The translations under genes and the position numbers were made by a program. The notes beneath the pieces are model-generated. The model was not told where the DNA came from and searched no databases. It saw only the letters and a list, made by a program, of their open reading frames with translations. A DNA stretch of 34,108 nucleotides from Bacteroidales bacterium. GTDB taxonomy: Bacteria; Bacteroidota; Bacteroidia; Bacteroidales; CAIWKO01. Positions 1-7,175 of this stretch are shown here, one piece after another. Location of the stretch: positions 1-34,108 of the forward strand of contig DAOORA010000052.1 in the NCBI GenBank assembly GCA_035389045.1, read 5' to 3'. Position 1 is the stretch's first letter. The number at the start of each line of letters is the position of its first letter.

Positions 1-730
1 ATCGGACTTTCATTAAGTTAATATAATACGTAATTTTTTCCAAGTTAGGGTTTAATACAATGGTTGAATTTAGCAGGTCATAAGCAGGAGACAACTCTAT
101 TTTATCGCCATTCCTTATCAGTGAAAAATTTTTGAGGTGCATATCTTCGTTTCCGGTAAGAAAATTAAAAAGCACAAGCCGGAACAATTTAGCCTTCTCA
201 ATCACAGGGAAAGTACAAAACTCGTCAATAAGCAAAACAAGTTTCTCCATCGTATAATTGTACTTTGTATCTCTTGAAAGCCCTGCTAATTGAGCAAAAT
301 CTTCAAGCGGAATTTTATCCTTATGCCCTGCCCTGTCGAAGCGTTTAATAAAATAAGTCAGTGTCATATCTTTAGACCGGATCATGCCATGCAGCAGAAC
401 ATTTATTCCGGCGGCCTTTGCCATCCGCATAGTCACATCTTCATTTTCCGGAAGTTGCGGATAAATATGATGCTGCGGTTTAAGAATATATTTCCCTCCT
501 GTATCAACAAGTTCAAACCGGGATTCTTTAATATTAAGGATAGCACTGAGTTTGGGTTGTAAACCCTGTATAGATAATTTTGTTGCCCTGACCATTGCTT
601 CCGATCTTTATTCGGCAGCAGTATATCCAAGTAATTCAAGTCTTTCGAGATTCTGCGATAAAAGTTTTAATCCTTTTTCGCTGTACAAAGATTTTCCGCA
701 GGATTCGTAAGTGATGGGGCATCGCTTCAT
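1..730 (-). pseudogene. hipA: HipA-family Ser/Thr kinase toxin (HipT-like), interrupted by an in-frame TAA; 3' end beyond the window
   Basis: Manual translation from ATG at 730: MKRCPITYESCGKSLYSEKGLKLLSQNLERLELLGYTAAE*RSEAMVRATKLSIQGLQPKLS...YILKP...ENE...IKRFDR...EDFAQ...GNEDMHLKNFS...LSPAYDLLNS. HipA kinase motifs are in one frame. Stop at 608-610. ATGA overlap with the upstream gene. Not in the ORF track. Confidence 0.85.
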
Positions 731-1041
731 ATAGATGCCTCCTTTACCGTAACAGATCCTACAGTATCATTCCCAACCATCAATAATTGTGAAAAAAAAT
801 CATTTCTGTCCACTTTTCCCTGTTTTAACAAGCCTTCCAACTGATGTCCTTCCGGTAAAAGTCCATCAAAAAATGGCGGAAAATGATCGTATGTAAAAGA
901 TTTACTGCTAACCGGCATGGTAAGTGAGACGGGCCATCCGGAGTATCCGTCATTATATTTGAAGTGATACTCTTTACCGAAAATAATTTCAGAAAGCAGC
1001 CCTGCTTCTTTTCCGCATACATAAACTTTAGCCGTTCTCAT
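727..1041 (-). CDS. HipA N-terminal domain protein (Couple_hipA / HipS-like)
   Basis: 104 aa; AGLL...YHFKY...PVSLTMP...FPPFFDGLLPEG...LL..GNDTVGSV signature; lies between the HTH gene and the kinase. Confidence 0.9.
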   Translation of the reverse strand: MRTAKVYVCGKEAGLLSEIIFGKEYHFKYNDGYSGWPVSLTMPVSSKSFTYDHFPPFFDGLLPEGHQLEGLLKQGKVDRNDFFSQLLMVGNDTVGSVTVKEASI

Positions 1042-1267
1042 CTGTATTCAATATTTGGTTCATAAGATGACTTTGCAGGACAACCTTTATATTCAATACC
1101 ATGAGTATCTTCCTCAAGGTATCCAGTTGTATGGTCTCCTTGCCTTTTTCAACATCAAAGACCACCGTTTTGCCGACACCTGCCATCTCCGCCAGTCGGA
1201 GTTGGCTAAGTCCGGCTGCTTTTCTGTGTTTCTTAATTACTTTTGATAAAATCTCCGGGTTGAGCAT
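1028..1267 (-). CDS. hipB: HipB-like XRE-family HTH antitoxin/regulator
   Basis: 79 aa; IKKHRKAAGLSQLRLAEMAGVGKTVVFDVEKGK HTH_3 motif; first gene of the hip operon, overlapping the next gene. Confidence 0.85.
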   Translation of the reverse strand: MLNPEILSKVIKKHRKAAGLSQLRLAEMAGVGKTVVFDVEKGKETIQLDTLRKILMVLNIKVVLQSHLMNQILNTDENG

Positions 1268-1269
1268 AA

Positions 1270-1408
1270 TTACCGTTTTAGCGGCAAAGATAAAACAATT
1301 TACTAAACAAGTTAAGAAATATTTAAATTATTACCGATATATCAGTATATTTTGCACAAAATCTATAATTAAATTAAATTTATTGATATTTTACCGCTTT
1401 AGCAGTAA
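1270..1408. promoter_or_regulatory. Three 18-bp operator-like palindromes (TTACCG-N6-CRGYAW) plus a -7 promoter box for the hip operon
   Basis: TTACCGttttagCGGCAA 1270-1287, TTACCGatatatCAGTAT 1331-1348, TTACCGctttagCAGTAA 1391-1408. Minus-strand TATCTTTG (TAnnTTTG) at 1285-1292. A fourth copy lies at 1753-1770. Confidence 0.7.
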
Positions 1409-1795
1409 TTATTTCATACAATTTACATGATTTCTTTAGTCATTTTGTTTAGTTTACAGAATAATAAAAATACTTTTTATTCTATATGCAAAACAAAATC
1501 AGCCGGATTTCTTTCGAACACATGCTCTGGACGGGAAAAGAAATGTCGTCCCTGACGGGACAAGACAATGTGTTAATGTCGGGGTGACTGCGCGGGGCCA
1601 GACACCGGAGGCAGTCACCCCGACATTTGAAAGCACAGGCTTCCCATTTATAAAATATCTTTTTGAGTCCCATCGGGCAAGAATTAATGCTATATTTGCC
1701 AATCACAATTGTAACGACAAAATCTATAATTAATATAAATATATTGATATTATTACCGCTTTAGCAGTAATATTCTTAGATAATTCACATGGATT
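1356..1795. repeat. Imperfect ~77-bp direct repeat (about 1356-1432 and 1717-1795)
   Basis: Both copies read ACAAAATCTATAATTAA...TATTGATAT...TTACCGCTTTAGCAGTAAT...AATTYACATG; offset about 361 bp. Confidence 0.85.
1548..1678. repeat. REP-like palindrome cluster
   Basis: GTCCC-TGAC-GGGAC (1548-1561); perfect 17-bp inverted repeat AATGTCGGGGTGACTGC (1575-1591) / GCAGTCACCCCGACATT (1611-1627); degenerate GTCCCATCGGGC (1667-1678). A GC-rich patch inside AT-rich DNA. Confidence 0.7.
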
Positions 1796-1876
1796 TTTGT
1801 ATCGTGAATTGAAACACCACCACCAATTATTAAGTTAAACTATTAATATGTAAGACTTTGGCAGTTCACTACTCCA

Positions 1877-2245
1877 TCAATTCAACCACTGCTCCGGCGA
1901 TTCATCCGTTTCCTCTATCAGACCCAGCGACTCCAGGTAATCTGTTTCGGCGCCGAGTATCTCCATAAGATCGTCATAGGTTAGAATAATACCTTTCTGT
2001 ACACATTTTTGGATAATATAATACTCCATTTTTTCCTGATCGCTGATCATCCGCAGCATCTCTAAATCCATATCTGAATCAGAAGTCATTTCATCAGATA
2101 AATGCCCGTTTTCCCGCTGCCATTCAAATTCCGTTTCCAGTATCACGCAGATATCCGCATACGACAAGCGTTCTGCCAACTGATCTGAAATTGCTTCTCC
2201 GACAAAGGATGCAGCATCTTCCAATACATATTCTGTTTTGCTCAT
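1877..2245 (-). CDS. Hypothetical highly acidic protein
   Basis: 122-aa ORF, D/E-rich, starting 4 bp after the DUF2779 gene stop; no family recognised. Confidence 0.7.
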   Translation of the reverse strand: MSKTEYVLEDAASFVGEAISDQLAERLSYADICVILETEFEWQRENGHLSDEMTSDSDMDLEMLRMISDQEKMEYYIIQKCVQKGIILTYDDLMEILGAETDYLESLGLIEETDESPEQWLN

Positions 2246-2249
2246 AGGT

Positions 2250-3611
2250 TTATTTTTTGTTTACGCAGCGGTACAATATTTCGAGTATTTTCACCATCGC
2301 CAGCGTATCCCGGTGACAATATTTCAGGAGGTTTTCACGCATCTGCCTTTTCAATTCATCATCATCGGTGTAGTAAAGATCAAGGAAAGCATTGCTGGCT
2401 GCCATGCCATCGCCTATTTCCAGGTCATCGTAAGACAATTCCGGGCAGAGTGCCGGCAGCACCTGCTTTAGGGAGGAGGATCCGTTCATGGTCCCGGTAC
2501 GGTAAAAATCGCGTTTGAACGGGATGATCAGGTCTTCGAGGCGGTCGATGATGTGCTGTAATTCTTTTTCATATTGCGGAAAATCACGCTGCATCTCGCT
2601 TAGCCGTGTACGTTCAAATACAATATGATAAACCAGAATAGTTTTTGCCGGTTTGGTTTGTTCGATCAGTTGTTCAATAAGCGCCTTGCGGGGATCAAGC
2701 GAAAAATCGTTTTCAGCCAAATAAAAATCATGTTTCAGTTCCCCGCCCTGTACATCCTGGTGGTGCAATGAATACTGAAATGTAAGTTGCTGATATGGCC
2801 TTGACTCGTCGAAAAGCGGAACACCCGGCATAATGGTCTCAAAGTCGAGGTAATACAAGGGATACTGAAGGCCCTCCATGAAAGCTTTCAGGTCGTCTGC
2901 CATCACTTCAGGTATACTGCTCAGTTCCTCAGACGCTTCACCGGCAACAGGCAACAGTCCGGAACAATATTCATAAAAATCGCAATAATAAGGTTTGGTG
3001 CATTGCAGTCCCATGGCTGTATCAGGTTCGGCGCCTTTAATCATGTCGAGCAGTTCCGGTATTTTTGTTTTTATTTCCTCCTGAAAATCTAAAACGCCAG
3101 ACCGTATGCTTTCGGGCAGGAACAGGTCGCGTACCACAATATCGCCCCTGCGCACATAATCGCGGTTGAAGTGCATCAGAAACACATCTTCCACCTCAAG
3201 CCCGCTGCCTTTGGCCACATAATACTGTATGGCCACATCTTTGATGTGTTCTGGTTTTACGCTGTTGGTGCTTTTCACCTCATACAACTGCCATTTGCCA
3301 TGATGCTTATGAAGAATATCCACGGCCACCAAAGTATTATCATAAATAAATGTGGCTTCATAAATAGTTTCAACACCTTGCTGGATAAGCTCCCGCGTTC
3401 TTTTAGCAGCGTTATATCCGGGCAGTTCATCTTCGCCCAAAGCCAGCACACCTCCCGGAAAATACTGCCGGGCCAGTTCTCCGGCGCTGGTGCCTCGTGC
3501 AAAAATGGCCTGTGTGGCTTCAGGGATTACCTGTTCATCTCTTTTGTTAAGGAATAGCCATAACGACCTGGGACAGTTGATCCCCCGGGTAAATCTTGAT
3601 TTTGATAGCAT
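2250..3611 (-). CDS. DUF2779-family protein: Cas4/RecB-like PD-(D/E)xK domain plus RNase H-fold exonuclease-like domain
   Basis: LSKS...NCPR.LWL start; YEATF, VDIL, LYEVKS, DVAIQYYV nuclease motifs; QCTKPYYCDFYEYC cysteine cluster; YPLYYLDFET, PYQQLTFQYSLH, FERTRL, DL, SLKQVLP, LLKYCHRDTLAM. Confidence 0.85.
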   Translation of the reverse strand: MLSKSRFTRGINCPRSLWLFLNKRDEQVIPEATQAIFARGTSAGELARQYFPGGVLALGEDELPGYNAAKRTRELIQQGVETIYEATFIYDNTLVAVDILHKHHGKWQLYEVKSTNSVKPEHIKDVAIQYYVAKGSGLEVEDVFLMHFNRDYVRRGDIVVRDLFLPESIRSGVLDFQEEIKTKIPELLDMIKGAEPDTAMGLQCTKPYYCDFYEYCSGLLPVAGEASEELSSIPEVMADDLKAFMEGLQYPLYYLDFETIMPGVPLFDESRPYQQLTFQYSLHHQDVQGGELKHDFYLAENDFSLDPRKALIEQLIEQTKPAKTILVYHIVFERTRLSEMQRDFPQYEKELQHIIDRLEDLIIPFKRDFYRTGTMNGSSSLKQVLPALCPELSYDDLEIGDGMAASNAFLDLYYTDDDELKRQMRENLLKYCHRDTLAMVKILEILYRCVNKK

Positions 3612-3634
3612 ATATATTAAATTTTACTTGTTAA

Positions 3635-3961
3635 CTAAACAGCGTTGTAAACAGCATAAATATAAGTTTCATCCATGTATGATGATGCCTTATTGTTATA
3701 GTGTGCTTTTATCCCGAAAAGCGACAACACTGTATCCCACTCCCTGTCCCTGAATACAACAGCATCCTCATAATTGCAATTGCCGATACATCGTCTCTTG
3801 TCTGCAATGATTTTTTCCAGCCCCGCTATGGTTTCCATTTCATAAGATTCGTATATCTTCATTTGGTGTTGCACAGCAAATTGCTCAACATCCATCACGT
3901 CGGGAAGTTGAAGTGTTTCTTTGGCGGCATCGTTCCGCACTAAAAGATATATTTTTTTCAT
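3635..3961 (-). CDS. Small hypothetical protein with a UVR (UvrB/UvrC/ClpC-type) coiled-coil motif
   Basis: 108 aa, 3 bp after the WYL stop; LEKIIADKRRCIGNCNYEDAVVFRDRE resembles the K..A....YE.AA.LRD.E motif. Confidence 0.6.
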   Translation of the reverse strand: MKKIYLLVRNDAAKETLQLPDVMDVEQFAVQHQMKIYESYEMETIAGLEKIIADKRRCIGNCNYEDAVVFRDREWDTVLSLFGIKAHYNNKASSYMDETYIYAVYNAV

Positions 3962-3964
3962 AGA

Positions 3965-4867
3965 TTAATTTTTGTATTGATTCAAATTTTCGCGCAACAT
4001 CCTGATAATATGGGTACGCAGAACTTTTGGCCTGATAACTTCCACATTAGCGCCAAAAGATAAAATCTCCATCATCAGGTCGTAGGTTGGATAGAGACTG
4101 AGCTTGATCCTCAGTTCATTTTCATCATCCACCAGCACTTCCTGTGTATGGTGCAGCGGAAGGGTTTTGATATACTTTCCCTGGAATGGGTCGAACGAAA
4201 GGACGATGTCCTGAATGGTTTCGTCGCCGGGGCTTATCACACCAAAACAATACCTGAAATAATCTTCAACACTAAAATCCCTGTTGTGCTGGCATTTCCT
4301 TTTGGTTATATCAAGGTCTTTCATACGGTCTAAGCCGAAGGTTTTTATTTTACCGTCTTTCAGGTCATGGGAGACCAGATACCAGCGGTTTTTAAATTCC
4401 TTAAGCGCCAGCGGCTCCACATATCTCTTTTCAGCCACTTCATCCCAGAATTTCTGGTATAAAAAATAGATCTGGAAGGAGTTTTTAATGGCGTGCAGCA
4501 GCCCATACAGGTGTTCTGTACCCTGTGGCCGGCGTCTTTCGAAATGCATGAAGGCTGAGAGCCGGTCCGACATGTTCATCAGGTTAAACGTGTCGAATGC
4601 TTCCAGGATACGTTCATTGATCTCCGGCTCGGTTTCCTGGCAGATAAAGTATGCTTTCTGCGAAAAATCATACCGTATGTCAATGTTGTAAAGCAATCGG
4701 ATGTCGTCCAGGTCACGCTGAAATGTCCGCTTTGAAATGTTGAAATCATACGACTGCAACTCGGATTGCAAGGAGAGATAATTGCTGATCTCGTCATAAG
4801 TGGAAGGTTTTTTCCTGAGCTTTTGTATGATAAGACTGTACCTGGTTAATGATTCCTGTTTTGACAT
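3965..4867 (-). CDS. WYL-domain transcriptional regulator (wHTH-WYL-WCX)
   Basis: ISKRTFQRDLDDIR wHTH; RYVEPLALKEFKNRWYLV...KTFGLDRM WYL domain; PLHHTQ...ILSFGANVEVIRP..LR WCX domain. Confidence 0.95.
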   Translation of the reverse strand: MSKQESLTRYSLIIQKLRKKPSTYDEISNYLSLQSELQSYDFNISKRTFQRDLDDIRLLYNIDIRYDFSQKAYFICQETEPEINERILEAFDTFNLMNMSDRLSAFMHFERRRPQGTEHLYGLLHAIKNSFQIYFLYQKFWDEVAEKRYVEPLALKEFKNRWYLVSHDLKDGKIKTFGLDRMKDLDITKRKCQHNRDFSVEDYFRYCFGVISPGDETIQDIVLSFDPFQGKYIKTLPLHHTQEVLVDDENELRIKLSLYPTYDLMMEILSFGANVEVIRPKVLRTHIIRMLRENLNQYKN

Positions 4868-4898
4868 GATTGAAATTTTTGATCAAAAATAACAATAT

Positions 4899-4921
4899 AC
4901 TACGACAAAACATGTCGTAGT
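4899..4921. promoter_or_regulatory. Palindromic operator ACTACGACA-N5-TGTCGTAGT upstream of the WYL gene
   Basis: Perfect 9-bp arms. On the minus strand a TATTTTTG -7 box follows 9 nt after the 7-bp core. Confidence 0.75.
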
Positions 4922-4923
4922 GG

Positions 4924-6603
4924 CTAATTTATTTTAAATCCGATAGTGTTGCAGTATGCTTTGCTTATCAGTTCCTCCCTGCAGAACTCCATAATTTTGT
5001 CGATGTCAGGGAAATTCCCGTTCAATAGTTCGAACATCTCGCATTTGCGGGTTATGTTATCAATCTGACCGCCCGAAAAATCAAATTGATCTGCCAGCAT
5101 GCAGCAATCTTTTCCGGCAAGGTAACTGACCTTATACTGCCATATTTTCTGCCTGACCTTACTATCCGGCATGAAAAATTCCACTTTATACAAGAACCTT
5201 CTTTCAAAAGCGCTGTCGAGGTTGTTCGTCAGATTGGTTGTGGCGATCATGATGCCCTTCAGCTTTTCCATTTCTTCCAGAATAATGTTTTGCATGGCAT
5301 TTTCGGTTTGCGCCACATTCGAAAAATTACTATCCTTACGTTTCGAAAAGATGGCGTCGGCTTCGTTGAACAAAAGTATAGGGCAGCGCTCACTCTGTTC
5401 CACAAAATCGTTATAGTCAGAAAAGATCTGTTTGATTTTTTTCTCGCTTTCTCCAAACCACATAGATTTTGACTGGCTGATGTCCACATGCATGATTTCC
5501 CTTCCGGTTCTGCGTGCAAGCTGAAACACCGATTCTGTCTTTCCTGTGCCCGGAGCCCCGTATAACAGGATAGCGATGCCTGAAGGCATGGATTTTTTAA
5601 CCAGGCGTTCTTTTAAAGCATTGAGGTTTTCGTCTTGAAGCATATTTGAAATCATGCCAAGCTGACTGTTTTCTTTTTCACCGAAAAAAAGTTCCTTTAT
5701 ACCGATTTTATCCGGTTCCATAATGTTTTCACGCCTGATATTCTTCGAAAACAACGTAATGTTTTCCGACTTCAGCAGTTCTATGCTTTTGCTGCCCAGT
5801 TTTATGTCCGTATAATCGAAAAACGTATGTTCAACCAATTCAATGAATTTTTGTTTTATCAGTGTGTTATCACCCGACATGATTTTTTGCGCATATCTTG
5901 CCTTTTCATGACTCAAAACGAATATGTCTTCCAAAGCGTTGCTAAGGTCTGTATTTTCATTTCCGGCAATTGTCTTCCAGCATAAATACAAAAAAAGATA
6001 GTTGTCAATCGGTGGGAAACCCAGATTCCTCACTTTCTGCAGAAACGGGATATGCATGTTGATGTCTGTTATAGTTTTCGTTTCATCAAGCAGGACACTG
6101 GTGTCAATACAATGGTTCATGCGATTCCGGCCTAAATCATATATTTTTTCTAATACTTCAAAAATATCTTTACAAACCAATGGTTTTAACTCCGGAACCG
6201 GCAAGTTCTTAACAATGGAATGACTTACTGATTCATCAAATTCATAATTATAATACTTTGATCCGGACATCATGTTAACATCTCTTTTCTTTAAAAGAAA
6301 TCCTTTTTTATTCAAAATATCCAGATCCTCCTGATATCGGAGCAGGTCTATCTGATCACAGTCAAAATGATGCCCGAGGTCAGATAATTCAATGCGTCTG
6401 TTGCTGCATGCAAGGGCATAAATGTTTGCCAGCAGAAAGGCCTGTTCTTTGCTTACATGGAAATATGCTGTCAGCAATTCAAGCTTATCATCTATTTTTC
6501 TGAACAGCTCTTTTTTCAGACCGCTTTTTTTTGATGATCTATAAACTTTGCTGATGGCGCTCAGCACATTGAAAGACAATTCGTTTTTAGTTTTTGTTTC
6601 CAT
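4924..6603 (-). CDS. AAA+ ATPase with a long N-terminal region (probable start METKTK at 6603)
   Basis: Walker A GAPGTGKT, Walker B variant ILLFNEAD, sensor 1 ATTN, arginine finger LDSAFERRF, lid FSGGQIDN, C-terminal IGF. The ORF track's TTG start at 6648 lies inside the operator. Confidence 0.9.
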   Translation of the reverse strand: METKTKNELSFNVLSAISKVYRSSKKSGLKKELFRKIDDKLELLTAYFHVSKEQAFLLANIYALACSNRRIELSDLGHHFDCDQIDLLRYQEDLDILNKKGFLLKKRDVNMMSGSKYYNYEFDESVSHSIVKNLPVPELKPLVCKDIFEVLEKIYDLGRNRMNHCIDTSVLLDETKTITDINMHIPFLQKVRNLGFPPIDNYLFLYLCWKTIAGNENTDLSNALEDIFVLSHEKARYAQKIMSGDNTLIKQKFIELVEHTFFDYTDIKLGSKSIELLKSENITLFSKNIRRENIMEPDKIGIKELFFGEKENSQLGMISNMLQDENLNALKERLVKKSMPSGIAILLYGAPGTGKTESVFQLARRTGREIMHVDISQSKSMWFGESEKKIKQIFSDYNDFVEQSERCPILLFNEADAIFSKRKDSNFSNVAQTENAMQNIILEEMEKLKGIMIATTNLTNNLDSAFERRFLYKVEFFMPDSKVRQKIWQYKVSYLAGKDCCMLADQFDFSGGQIDNITRKCEMFELLNGNFPDIDKIMEFCREELISKAYCNTIGFKIN

Positions 6604-6640
6604 AATATTTTTTCTTTTGGAAACAAAATAAAGAAGAGAG

Positions 6641-6659
6641 TACGACAAGGTGTGTCGTA
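6641..6659. promoter_or_regulatory. Palindromic operator TACGACA-N5-TGTCGTA upstream of the AAA ATPase gene
   Basis: TACGACAaggtgTGTCGTA; same arms and spacer length as the 4899-4921 site. A -7-like TTATTTTG follows 9 nt later on the minus strand. Confidence 0.75.
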
Positions 6660-7018
6660 GTTAAAATAATAATAAAGTTTTTAACAACAACTTTAAACCC
6701 TCACCAAGACAGGAAAAAGAAAAATATAGATAAAAATCATGGATTCTTAGTACTTTTAGAGTTTCTGGTCAAAACCCCGCATAATTTTATACAATTTTAT
6801 ATATAACTCATTGTTTTTCTATAAATTATTGATATAGGAATAATTAAAAGAAGTGACCAAAGTTTCTTTTATATTTTACGTTATATTACTATATAATAAA
6901 GTAAAGTTTGATATCTTTAGATATAAAAAGTAACGATTGTCAGGGAAATAAATAAAATCAGTTTTATTGGTCATCTATGATTAACAACAATTAAGTCAAT
7001 AACATTTATAGATATGTG

Positions 7019-7049
7019 TTTGTTAATTAAGAATTTTAGTTTAAATTTG
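7019..7049 (+). promoter_or_regulatory. Putative Bacteroidota housekeeping promoter for the giant adhesin gene
   Basis: TTTG (7019-7022)-N19-TAAATTTG (7042-7049) matches the -33/-7 consensus; chance matches are possible in AT-rich DNA. Confidence 0.5.
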
Positions 7050-7175
7050 TTTAAATTTTGTGTACAGATATATTTTTTTTCAAACCATATAAATGATTTT
7101 ATTACTTTTACAAATCAGCATGCTTACTGAGAAATTATTTCAACTTCCTCTAAATGTGATACATAATCAATATAT

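Noticed and set aside
290..639. ORFs 290..562 (+) and 433..639 (-)
   Set aside because: Shadow frames over the HipA kinase reading frame.
1482..1706. Two short minus-strand ORFs across the hairpin cluster
   Set aside because: Non-ATG starts, no recognisable motif; they are explained by the GC-rich palindromes.
1791..1815. GAATTGAAAC resembles the 3' end of type I/III CRISPR repeats, near a Cas4-like gene
   Set aside because: Single occurrence; no repeat-spacer periodicity and no cas1/cas2 in the window.
3718..3740. GCGACAacactgTATCCCA as a third WYL operator
   Set aside because: Only one arm partly matches, the spacer differs, it lies inside a CDS and no -7 box is at the expected distance.
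6604..6648. TTG start for the AAA ATPase given in the ORF track
   Set aside because: It lies within the operator/promoter; ATG at 6603 fits better.
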